Assembly: GCA_951406725.2 (NCBI GenBank)
Contig: OX597814.1
Location: forward strand, 54,002,001-54,066,000
Length of the DNA: 64,000 nt
From: Octopus vulgaris
Taxonomy: Eukaryota
Reading direction: 5' to 3'
The position numbers and the translations under genes are program-made. Shown in pieces: positions 52,330 through 64,000 of the stretch. The notes beneath the pieces are model-generated. The model was not told the origin of the DNA, did no database searches, and was given only the letters and a program-made list of their open reading frames with translations. Within the stretch, counting starts at the first letter, position 1. Each line of letters starts with the position of its first letter.

Positions 52330-53900
52330 CGAGGGCCAGAAAAGTAGATTGTTTTACAAATTCTGTCATTCGGTTTCACTTGACGCATGCAATAAGAAAA
52401 CTAGTTTGCCGAGAGTCTAGCTTGTGGGAAAATATTGATCAATGAGACAATTATGCCAAGCAAACTGCATCGCCGTTTAACAAGTAAACATTCATTTGGC
52501 GGGAAAACGTTTGATTAAAAAAAGCTTCTCACAGAACATCAGAGTTCGTTGTTTTAGAGCGTACTGCCAAGGAAATAAAGGCTCACAATCGAAAAAAGCG
52601 AAACTTGCACACAACTTGTAAAGGAGTGCAAATTATGTTTTGAGAACGAGGCGGCCAATGAAGTTAAAAAGTCACATCTCTAATACCTAAACTTAAGATA
52701 TCAGTAGATATAAATGAAAATATTTAGAGAGGCTGAAGGTACCTTTATATGCTTTTCATACTAATAAAAACAGCAGGTACAATTGGCAAAATGTTAAGTA
52801 ATGGAATTAGATTTATTCAGAAAGACGATACTACCAAGCAATTTTTGTTCCAAAAAGAGCTTAAACCAACTGCTACAGATAGTTACTTTTGAAACTGTAG
52901 ACTTATCTTTTAGATCCTACAAACATCTTGGTGAAAATTCTTTTGGAATTTACATACACAGTAGTGTTCCATATTCAGTTGGTATTCTCAAAAGATTTAC
53001 AGTGTTGGTGAGAAACACAAACAAAGACATAGATATGTCACTATTTCAAACCTTGTAAAGTTCTAATGACAAAGGCTTGAATAATGAATTGTAAGCAGTT
53101 GATGACATTCAAGATGGTTCACAAAATCAAAGGTAAATCCCCGGGAAGTCATATCTTTACACAGGCACGTGAATCTACAGATGCTTACTTCAGATACCTC
53201 TTATACTCTTCTAAAGTAGAAGTAAAGTTCTGATATGTACCTCAATTAATGAAATTAAAGGTTCTTTTCCATAAGCAGGAATGAAACAAAATATTGTGAC
53301 CTATTCATCAATGATTATTGGTGTGCAAAGCTGGTTTAAGCTTGTTGATATATTTGAGCATATAAACAAAGCAAATACTAACATGAAATGGACCAATGGA
53401 GAACATGTGGTCTTCAACTGACAAAATTGCTACTTACTGGAATAAAATTACCAAGTTGTATCATCATACAGGAAAGAGTACAACAGGCATATTTCCCCCT
53501 ACAGGTGAAGAAATCTTATATAGTCATGTAGGAAAAGTCACCTGCAAAGTCTCCAGTCTGCCTTGAAATTGTACTCTGTGAAGCTTGGACTCTAAGAAGT
53601 ACAACTAGATTACAGATCCTGTCTCAGAAACTGGAAATGAAAGATTTCAAATTTCAAGAACAGGAACTTCTGGATGTTCATAAGAAATGAATACTTGCAT
53701 TTGTCAAAGAAAGTAGTCATTGTTTTGCTCCAGTTCTCAACTTTCAGGTTCTCTGAATATAGATCTTTCTTAATACACATAAAAAAACCCATAAAGACAG
53801 CAAAATCTAGTATCCAGCAATGCAGAGGATGTCTAAGAGTGTGTTTGTCAAGTGTCAGAATGCTGAAATATGGCAAAAACACCACTAACAGTGTCAGAGA
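52330..53900 (+). mobile_element. Decayed hAT (Buster/Charlie) transposase
   Basis: N-terminal LSFGFT..CGKILINETIMPSKLHRRLTSKH (BED-like) and C-terminal EYLHLSKKVVIVLLQFST..RVCLS (dimerisation domain). Confidence 0.7.
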
Positions 53901-55334
53901 TATAATTTTTTTAATCTTGTAAGTCTTTCAATTTATTATGAATTTATCAGTAATAATGTAATATAAGGGTATTTTATCATCTTAAATATGAGTTATTCAC
54001 AAATACAAGACCTGAGAAACTTTTACCTTCTTTTATGCTTAGCACCAACTATGTGATAGAAGTAAGGTACTATGAAATTTGTTGCATTAGAAGATACTAT
54101 AAAATTTGGCAAGGATAGGAAAGAGTGAGATAGAAATGGATTGCCTTGGTGCATCCATCATCATCATCATTTAACGTCTGTTTTCCGCGCTAGCAGTGCT
54201 GCAGAACGAGAAAGGTGAAGAACCTCTGATTTAGTAGGAAGGTTAAAAAGAGCACCATGTCCTTTACTAGCTTAGACTAAATAGACCAATGCAATTGATA
54301 TTTAGTTTGAGAACTTTAAGAAAATCATGGACAAAGAGGAAATCCAAACTGAGATGGGATTTAATGTAGATTTTTGTCTGAATGACAAGAGAAACAAATA
54401 AGAAAATATATTGAGTGGGTTTGAAAAGGGGTGGTATGCAGTTTGCTTGTTAGAAGCCATTATTGAAGAGATAGAGAAAAGGATCATTGTGCTTGTGGAT
54501 TTGTATGTTAGTGAATGAAAGTTTGTTGAATGACTCTATCTTATTTAATGTATATGTTTGTGTGTACAGCAGTAGCATTTTTCCATTTATGTAACTAATC
54601 AAGCTGGTTGCACTCAAAGTTGCACATAACAGTTAATAAGAGTTGCAATATTTTCTAACCTTGAAGAGAAAGTCCAGTCATTGGGGAGCAGTTATGGTAA
54701 TGTTATAAATGTATGGTTACCATGAAAAATCCTCTGAGAAGCTAAGCATTTATAACAATTCAGTGGATTTTAGGTGAATTGAGAAGATAAAAAAGCCCAA
54801 TGAATGAGATCATGGACTACTAGTTAGAACTTTTTGATTTCAAAACCCACAATTTAATTTCATGAAGCAGTTGAGAAACGACACTAGAACTTCTGTAAAA
54901 GTTGTATGAGATTATCACAATAATCAGGATTAAGTAGAAGTCCAGTGATCCACTGAAGTTCAAAATATAATTATTATTCATAAATTGAGATACACCAATA
55001 GTTTCTTTTTTTCTTAGATTTAAAACAAATGTGTATATATTCAGAAAAAGCAAGCAATAAGAAATATCACAAATGAACTAATGATATGGATTTTGATAAT
55101 TCAAATGATAGGCAAATGAGACAAGCCTCAACGTTTTCTAGATCAGACCTATGTCTGTCTGTTCTTCTAAATAACACGATGTTGATGATACAGAAATGAT
55201 AGTGTACCACTCCAGCTGTATGAATTGCAAATGGGATAACGGATACATTTATGAACTACCATAATCTCTTTAATTCAATAGCTAGGTTAGTGTATTCCGT
55301 AGTTTTCAGCTCATTAACTACCATAATATGATTA

Positions 55335-55735
55335 AGGTGGCAATCTGGCAGAAACGTTAGCATGCCGGGCGATATGCGTAGCCGTATTTCGTCTGCCGTT
55401 ATGTTCTGAGTTCAAATTCCGCCGAGGTCGACTTTGCCTTTCATCCTTTCGAGGTCGATAAATTAAGTACCAGTTACGCACTGGGGTCGATGTAATCGAC
55501 TTAATCCGTTTGTCTGTCTTTGTTTGTCCCCTCTGTGTTTAGCCCCTTGTGGGTAGTAAAGAAATAGGTATTTCGTCTGTCCTTACATTCTGAGTTCAAA
55601 TTCCGCCAAGGTCGACTTTGCCTGTCACTCTTTCGGGATCAATAAATGAAGTACCAGTTGCGTACCGCGGTCGATCTAATCGACTGCCCCCTCCCCCAAA
55701 ATTTCGGGCCTTGTGCTTAGAGTAGAAAAGAATAT
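55335..55735 (+). mobile_element. tRNA-derived SINE, family A, young dimeric copy. Other copies: 11410-11530, 12438-12655, 25150-25330, 27835-28010, 29225-29430, 34560-34700, 35130-35270, 50195-50390, 56740-56885, 57300-57720, 58540-59160
   Basis: A-box TGGCAGAAACGTTAG, B-box GTTCAAATTCC, core GTCGACTTTGCCTTTCATCCTTTCG.GGTCGATAAA..AGTACCAG repeated throughout the window. Confidence 0.85.
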
Positions 55736-58700
55736 TATAAACATTTTATATTACCATGTTAATATATTTCTTTAATTGCAAATGGGGTTTGTAGGACAAA
55801 AACAATGTTATCTTTTGTCTGAATATAAAAACATTTCAGAGATTGATAGAAATAGAGGTTAGGAGCCAGAGATGCCCTAAGGTTCCTGGTGCTAACGATG
55901 AATAGAATGTTTAGACTCCGTAATTCTGCCTCATTAACTGAAAAGAAGGGACATGCCATTTCCATGTACACCTTTACTAACTTATAATAACAGAAATAAT
56001 CTTTGTTTATTAATTTACACCCCAAGTTTGACGACAATTATTTGTTCGAATATCGTAAGAAACTATGTATTTCAGTATGAAGTTGACCTTGTGATGCAGC
56101 GCTAAATTCTAGGCAGTCAATTAAAACCGTATCGCTTCTTTTAATTCGATAATGTACCCGAGAAAAAGAAACATGAAAGTCGCAGTTTGCTTTTTTAACA
56201 AATCTGATGTCTCGAGCAAAAAACTGTTGAGAACAAGAGAGAGAAGGATGGGGGAAGGAAGAATGACTGACTAGTACGGACTGGTTGACCCTCTTACCCA
56301 ACACTTAAGGTTGAATCTAATATGTAAGTGCAATCTTAGTACAGGGGCGTGTACGCTTTCATATACATTTTTTTTTTGTTTTGGTCTAAAGGAAGGGGGA
56401 GGGCCCAAGGAGTTCGCGGACCCTATGAAACAGATCAACACACATGTTTGTGAAAGGACGCATTATCGAGAAGAAACTCCAGGGAGAGCTGACATGTAAA
56501 ACAGTTAAGAAAATTATACATCCCAACATCAAATATAAAGTTGCAAAGAGTGAGGGGATTTAATGTTCATACCTTTCCCCTTAGAAAATAATGTGACACA
56601 AGATACAACTGTAATGCAGCAGTTATTGTCGAATTAAACATTGAAAGATAAATTTAAAAAAAAGCGAAATAATTAAATAATTGTAAATGGCAGTAAAGGT
56701 CTTAGTAGTAGAAACGATGAAACAAATGCAAGTCCACAGATCAAATCCCGCTGAGGTCGACCTTGTGTTTCATCTTTTCGGGGTCGATGAAATAAGTACC
56801 ATTTGGGCACTGGGGCCGATGTAATCGACTAGCTCCCTTCCCACTAATTTCAATCTATGTGCCCATTGTAGAAAGGATTATATTACATACACACAGAAAG
56901 ATAGATGACAATATTGACTATGTAGTTGGTTGCTAGGCATCGTAGACACTATTATTTATTGGAGAAGAAACAGTTCGTGTCGCGGACAAATATCTCTAGA
57001 TTCGTGTATTTCAGCTTCCTTTTTTCCGTACAAAGAATATATGAGTGCCTGATTGATACCAGGTGTGCGAAATTGTAAATAAGTGATCGATACCCAAGTT
57101 CCATGTAGATGTTAGAAATAAAGAAGTACACGGACGAGAGAGGATAGATATAGAGGAAGAAAAAGGAAATGAGGTTAGAATGAGAAATTTGGGAAAATAG
57201 AGAGAATGGATAACAATGAGAAACAGAAAATGGATGAAGAATAACGGAAGGTAACTAACAGACATACGGTAGTGATGTGGAGAAGTGCACGAATATGAAC
57301 CTATAAGAGTTTTAATATTAAGAGTAGGAAGAAATGTTGCTAAGCATTTTGTCCGAGGCGTAAACGATTCTGTCAACACACCGCCTTAAAGTGAGTAAAT
57401 ATAACCCTTTCTGATTTAGATACAAGACCTGCAATTTTTAAGAAAGAGGTATGTCGATTACATCGATTCCAGTGATCAACTGGTACTAATTCGAGCACCG
57501 AGATCGATGTAATCGACATACCCCTCCCTTCAAAATTGCAGGTCTTGTGCCTAAATAAGAAAAAAATATTTACTAAGGCGGTGGGCTGACAGAATCTTCA
57601 GCGCTTTGGACAAAATGCTCAGCCTTTCATTCTTTCGGGGTCGATAAAATAAGTACTGGTTGAGCAATGGGGTCAATGTAATCGACTAGTCCTCCCCCTC
57701 AAAATTTCGGGCCTTGTGTAAAAAGGTCAATAGCAGAAATATTAATGCTATATATTTGGACATAGTTTCCTATGCCTTTGACAACGTATCCCATTAAAAA
57801 TTTTTCCCTCCCCACCCTAAAAGCTTAAATTGTTGAAAATCAAGGGTAAATGTTTGGTGTGGTTCAAAAACTATTTGGTAAATAGTAAACATGTTTGTCT
57901 TGATTGTTCTCTTAGTTTGGTATCGGTTGCAATGGAGTTCCGCAATGCAGCCCTATCCAGTCAATACGTTTCCTTGCTCAATGAAATTTTAATATTTTGC
58001 GTAGGCTAATATAAATTTAAATTTTGTTCTGTAGCTGTTTCCGGATATCCAAAAATGTATAGTCTTACATCTTGGTTTGGAAAATTTTAATATTTAAAAT
58101 TTCTTGAATGAAACTAAAATTCCATAACATTGTGCTAGAATCGCTCCTGAAGGTTTTCAAATGACGGACTAGACTGAAACTTTGTTGGAAATGTTAAAAG
58201 CTTATGTCCATTCTCAACATAAGTATGCCACATTGATCTCGAATCCTCACATGTTAGATATCGTCTATGTTGAATGAGTGCAACGTGCTTTTTCCAACAA
58301 GTTAGCCTCAGTGAACTTTGTAATCCCGCTCATCCAAATATTTTAACATTTGAGTCCCTTGAAGAATCAAGAATAAGAAGAAACCTATGGTTTTAAAAAT
58401 AATTTTATGACTGAAGTAAACTTAATATTACAATATGAGTTAAATAATTTGATGGATATTTTCCGTAAATGATTTCTTTTTCAAAACTTAAAAATTCTAA
58501 TAGAAGAGATCATTCTAAAAAGAGTTCCAGAAACAAAGTAGTCAACTGGTAAGAGACGTTAGGACGTTGGATAAATAGCTTTGCAGCAATTGTTCCAGTT
58601 GTCTGCGGTAAGGGTTCAAATCCCATCGAGGCCAATTTTGCCTTTCGTTGCTGAAAATAAAGTAAATTTGCTAGAGTCGATTCTTCTCTTTCCTTCACCC

Positions 58701-61590
58701 CCTCCTTCCTTTCTGGAAGGAAATCAACTACGGCCAGATTTGACCACAACAGGAGAGATGTTGTATGTCAGAGTGCCGTCCCTAAAAAAGTTGAGGGCCC
58801 AAGACAAGTCCCAATATGCAATAAACCTCCAGCACATCTGGTAAGGTTATTTTCCTTGTTGTCACTCGCAAATATACCTTAATGTAACTGCTTAAGGTGC
58901 AAGGCACTCTCTCGACCTCAACAGGATTTGAACTTGGAGCGCAAGAACCAGAACAAATACAGCAAAGTATTGTAACGTCTCTGCCAATCGACCGCTTCAG
59001 ATTTTGTTCTAATTATGGCAGAATCGTTAGCACGGCAGAGTCGACTTAACCTTTCAACAATTCGACGTCGATGAAATAAGCACCAGTTGAGGACTGGAGT
59101 CAATGTAATCGACTTACACCCCCGAAATTTCTGGCCTTGTGCCAAAATTTGAAACCAATCATGGTAATTTTTAATGCAGTATAAAAGCTACTTTATTCTC
59201 GCATTTCTTGTGTTATTTATTGTTTTATTTCATAATGAACATATTTATTTCGGTGATAAGAAAGCGAAAGAAGAGTAGAAGAAAAAAAAGATGCAACTAT
59301 ATTATTTATCTCTCGATAAGTTTATCTGAAATACGAGAAATAAGTGAAGAGTGAAAGAGCGATAAAGAGATGTAGTGAAAGAAGAGGATAGGAGCCCCCA
59401 AGCGAAGTAAGGAGCAGACAACACACAAGTAAACAGCAAGCATGTGCAGCAGACAGCATGAATAGCAAATTTAAGAGATCAACAATAAAAAAACACACTG
59501 TCACGTTTCTCGGTGCACATGTGAGTCAGGAAATATAGCAAAACAGCAATTCCCTAGCTAGTCAGATCAAATGCGCAAAACACACACACATGTAATAGCA
59601 CCAGATCTTTTTGTTTTCAGCATATTTTATATCATACTGAGACCAGAGACATCAAAAGCTTGGTATAATACAAAACAAATATAAACATTCTCTAGTAGCT
59701 TTATGAACTGATTTTTTTTTATTTGCCCTAGTAATACATTTTTTCGTTGGACGCTTACATGCATATTGGAGAAAGTGGGTTCGATCCCATCTGACTTATT
59801 GTGTATTTCCTATTTAGAGATGTCCTCCCTCTCCCTTTCTCTCATATATTTGAGCCAGCATGACGCTTAGGAGTTGAGGGGGAAATGTGCAGCAATAGCG
59901 TAGGTGCCAGTTTATAAGTGCAATAAAAGAGGATGCCATACGAACCAAGAATTGAAACTGAATCGAAGCAGAGCATTTACTAGAACTAAAATACAGTTAC
60001 GATATTCCCCACACAATAAATATAACGAGACAAGCCATTTCTACAAATACTGTTTAGCTATATCGTCTATTTAGATATTATATATACATGCCCATCGAAG
60101 GTTATATACTGTAATCTTTATTCATACAAGAGTCATAAGATCTAAGCATATATATATATGGCTTGAGATATGTGCGCCTGTACACATACATCAAAGAACA
60201 CACGTATGCCTTTATATATAAATGAACAGATTTTTCTAAAGATCATGCTTCTAAGTCCTCATTTAATAGGAATGTTCTCAAGATTTATGCTTATGTATAT
60301 ATGATAATCACAACATTAACAACAAAGTCGATACCTTCGTGCAATATGGAAGCAAATTCATAGAAACTGCGAGACTTTATTTCATTCCTTCTTTCGTTAT
60401 CATTCGTGTTTACGATAACCTCAAGCAGTCGGTTTTAGGCCTAATTACAATCTGCTCTCCGTTTTGTTGACAACCAGAATTAGGGAGAAAGGATTTTACT
60501 TATTATATAATACACAGTATGACATTCATGAGCATATTTCATTCATGATACTAGATTAAGTAACCCCGACTATGTGCAAAACACTAAACGGATCTTAGGC
60601 CTGTTACCATGAATAGAGAGCAAGCCATAGCTATTTTGCATAAGGGTTGGTTGATGTGACATGCATTACATACATACACACACTACAAGGATTCAATATA
60701 ACAGCCGCCTATCTACCACATGACGTAGGATGTGAACAAAATGTTAAGTGTATAATGGAGACAAAATGAAGGACGAGAAAGAAAGCTCCTTGTCGAGGTA
60801 GCCGAAGTTCAGCAGAAATCTTAAGGGTCAAAATGCTTACTGTTTGAATATACAATGTAGGTGGGCAAGTTAAGAGACATAATGCGGAAGATATAGATTA
60901 TTTCCATGGGAACTCATTAATCTAACTTAACCTAGGTGGCAAATGATGATGATGAGAAATGAAATATTCTTTTGCTTTTAATTTGAAAAATAAAACAGTT
61001 GGGGTGTAACTGGGACTGAAATGACCATTGAGAATGGGACATTTTTGTTTGTTTTCAGACAGCAATCTTTCAGGCAAAACAAATCATAGATACATAAATC
61101 GCAAGCTTTTTTGTTATGTTTTTATCGATAATATATCTATTGCGAAGAGCCAATTATGTGTGTTTAGAAGGTTACAGATCCGAAAATAACGAACAAGCCT
61201 TCCTTTTATGAGCAACACCACTCCAATTTTAAAACCAGTATGTATCGTAATATTTATAGGGATAACAGGAAACGAGATAATGAGATATTCATGTATTTTT
61301 GAAGATCAATAATAACGACGATAATGCAGTTGATAAAACACGATAGATTTTTTCACAAATATAACTCAATATAAAAGAGGTCTATGAAAAAGAGACAACA
61401 TTTAAATATAAACATGAAACCAGATGATATATTTCCATCGAGGATATAAAACTGAAATAAACCCAAAATATAAATACAAATATACATAACACAATATATA
61501 TATCTATATAGATATATATCTTACACAATTGCCTTAGTAAATAATGGGTGAAAAACACCGTGATCACAAAAAGAAAAAAGAAATACTTAC

Positions 61591-61671
61591 CTTTTGTATT
61601 GTGTTTGAATTTGGCGGTGGAGGTGGCTGAGCCTTTCCTTTCGGCTGTGATTGTACGAAAGTCAGCGACAT
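61591..61671 (-). CDS. SS18: SS18-like (SSXT/SYT/CREST) coding exon 1
   Basis: ATG at 61671 gives MSLTFVQSQPKGKAQPPPPPNSNTIQK, similar to the human SS18 start (MSVAF..RGKG..IQK). Donor AAG|gtaagt, phase 0. Confidence 0.9.
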
Positions 61672-64000
61672 GTTGTCTATGTGGCCCACCACACACACAC
61701 ACACAAATACAAACAGAGATATAGAGAAGACAGGAGAGTGACGGATAAGAGACACGGAGATGATTATGTGATGATGATTCGGGTTTTAAAGGATGATTAG
61801 GACAAAAATAAAAAGAAGATATTTGCTATGTTGATCTCTGTTTTTCTTTAGGGGCAGTGATAATTGATGATGGTTTGGTTGCTGGGTTCTTGGCATTTGT
61901 TTCCCCTTTTCTTAAAGTTAAATATTCCGTTGCTGATCGTGGCCGGGAGGGAAAAGAAATCGAGGGTAGTTTTTAAGTTTTAAGAGATTATAGGTTTAAA
62001 TACGAATATGTACACTGCATAAATCACTCACTTAACAACCGGCATGAGTAAGAGAGAAGAATAACAATTTGAAAGGGATAGCGGCGACACCTTGAGTATG
62101 AATACAAGCAAGACCAATGTTAAAATGCTTTGTGTTTTTCCTTTTTGCGAAATGCGTAAGTGTCTGTGATATGTACGTAAGTCACTCTATGTATACGTGT
62201 GAGTGTGTGCAGTTTTCTTTCTGTTGTGACTTTGAAGTTAGATGTATGCGTAAGCCTACTTTAGTATGTGAGTGTGACTATATGTACGATATATATGTAT
62301 GCCTATGTATACATGTTGGAAGAAGAAGCAGGACCGCAGTGAATGGATGCACTAATATAAAATAAGGAAAAATTATTTTAAAATATGAAAAGAAACAATT
62401 ATTTTTATGCTTAGTATGAATTCAATCAAAATTACGTTTTTATTGAAATCATTTTATAAGGATAATAATAATAATAGGATAAATTATTTTAAAGATAGAA
62501 CCGTAGGATAAATAATAAAAAGAAAAAAATATACCATAAAAATATATATTGAGAACAAGAAATAAATACTTTATTTAGTTGGCTTATTTTTAACCAGAGT
62601 AGCCACAAACTAAATGAAAAAGAGCAAAGTAATAGTTAATAGGCAAAGGAATTAAAAAACAACGGGAAACAAATGAAAATAAAAAAAAATAGGTTATCTC
62701 CCTTATAAACCCATTTCTTTGAACGGTCTTAGTGTAGATATAGTCACAACAGTTGGCTTTTCAAAATAAATTGTGGTTATGAGCATTTTGCGGCCTTGTT
62801 AGTGAAACATAAATCAACTTTAATAGATACTGGGTAAAATAAAATCATGATTGTTAGTCGTGTCGAGTTCAAATACGTGTTGTTTCCCCGTTGACAAGGA
62901 TTCAATGGTTGAATTTATAATTTTATTTCTTGAGTTATCACTAAAACACGCACACAGATTATATATATATATAGTGCGTGTGTGTTTAATCTGTATATAT
63001 ATATATATGCATGCATAAATTTTCATGTTTGCAATATTTTCCTAGGACAGCGTTTTAGATTGTAAAGTTCTTGTGTCAGCAGTCTATAATGATAAACATT
63101 ATTGATTTAATATTTACAGGGAGGCTAACCTGTCGTGTTATTTTATCTCGATATACACGTTGAATCGGATATCTGAAAGAAAATAGGAATCTCAGCAATA
63201 TACTAGGATGCAGGTTCAATAACAAGTAAATAAAGTTTAAAAAGTTTTTTCTTTAGCAGCAAATTTTTCGAATAAATGGTTGCTACTATATTGTAAACTA
63301 TTTTTATGAGATGAAAATGATTCAAATTTATTTAAATAACATCTCCAACGTCAGTTGAGAATGGCGAAAAAATTTTATTTAAGTTCAAAAACCGTTACAA
63401 TTCCAAGTGTTGAAGCACCAACTTAATAAAAGAAAAAGGATGTAAAATATGAAGAGAAACAATTTTAGTTTAGAAGAGATTTTATTGTAAACATAATATT
63501 AAAACAAAGGATTATATATAAGGTTCCTCGTGGCATAGTAACAATTTTTAATTTATCTTCCAATCCAATTTGCTTCCATTATGAAAAGAAAATTGTGTCC
63601 TGAATGAGTCATTGCAAAACATCTAAACAATAACTCTTAGGAATTTAACCCTATAAAAATCTAAATTTAAACTATATTTCATATTTCTGCTGTTGCCCGG
63701 AATTAGTGAAATTTAAAACAGATTTTCATCTAGCATCAAAGAAAACTCATCTACGTTTGACTTCGCTGAGTCACGGTGAACAGTTTCCACTGTAGCAACA
63801 CTACGGATTACAAAAGAAAAAAAAAAGAAAATAGCATTTTCATTTTTTAATTTATAATGTTAGTTATATTTAAAATTAATATTTTTCGTTAATTGTTAGT
63901 GTATAAATGATAAATATTTCGAGGAAATTTTATTCTGTGACAAAAGAGGTCTATTAATATTAACTGCGAAACTATTGTTAATGGCGGTACGCTGTATTTA

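Noticed and set aside
55335-55430. tRNA gene
   Set aside because: The A/B boxes are a SINE head followed by the SINE core; no cloverleaf.
63350-64000. Start of a divergent gene (ATGGCG motifs, AP-1-like TGAGTCA)
   Set aside because: No supportable ORF or exon structure; such short motifs are expected by chance.

Overview
AT-rich, intron-rich animal genomic DNA. Dense tRNA-derived SINEs, RTE-tailed repeats and very long (TA)n tracts resemble octopus (coleoid cephalopod) DNA; this is an inference. Two spliced minus-strand genes were reconstructed by hand with GT-AG junctions and consistent phases. (1) An SS18/SS18L1 (SYT/CREST, BAF subunit) orthologue: 7 coding exons, 61671 to 35430, ~709 aa, whose last exon holds a 34-copy GPPG(G/S)M(Q/S) heptad expansion. 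(2) An uncharacterised 245-aa protein with two tandem DUF1330-like (dimeric alpha+beta barrel) domains: 6 coding exons, 16432 to 4929. Its likely promoter has three RFX X-box-like motifs, and one acceptor uses a (TTC)62 repeat as its whole polypyrimidine tract. The rest is decayed transposons (CR1/L2-like, RTE, Tx1/L1, Penelope-like with hammerhead-like motifs, Chapaev-like, hAT, Merlin-like, mariner and piggyBac-like MITEs), long intronic hairpins and microsatellites. Most of the supplied ORF track is noise. Family assignments are from motif recognition, not database searches.
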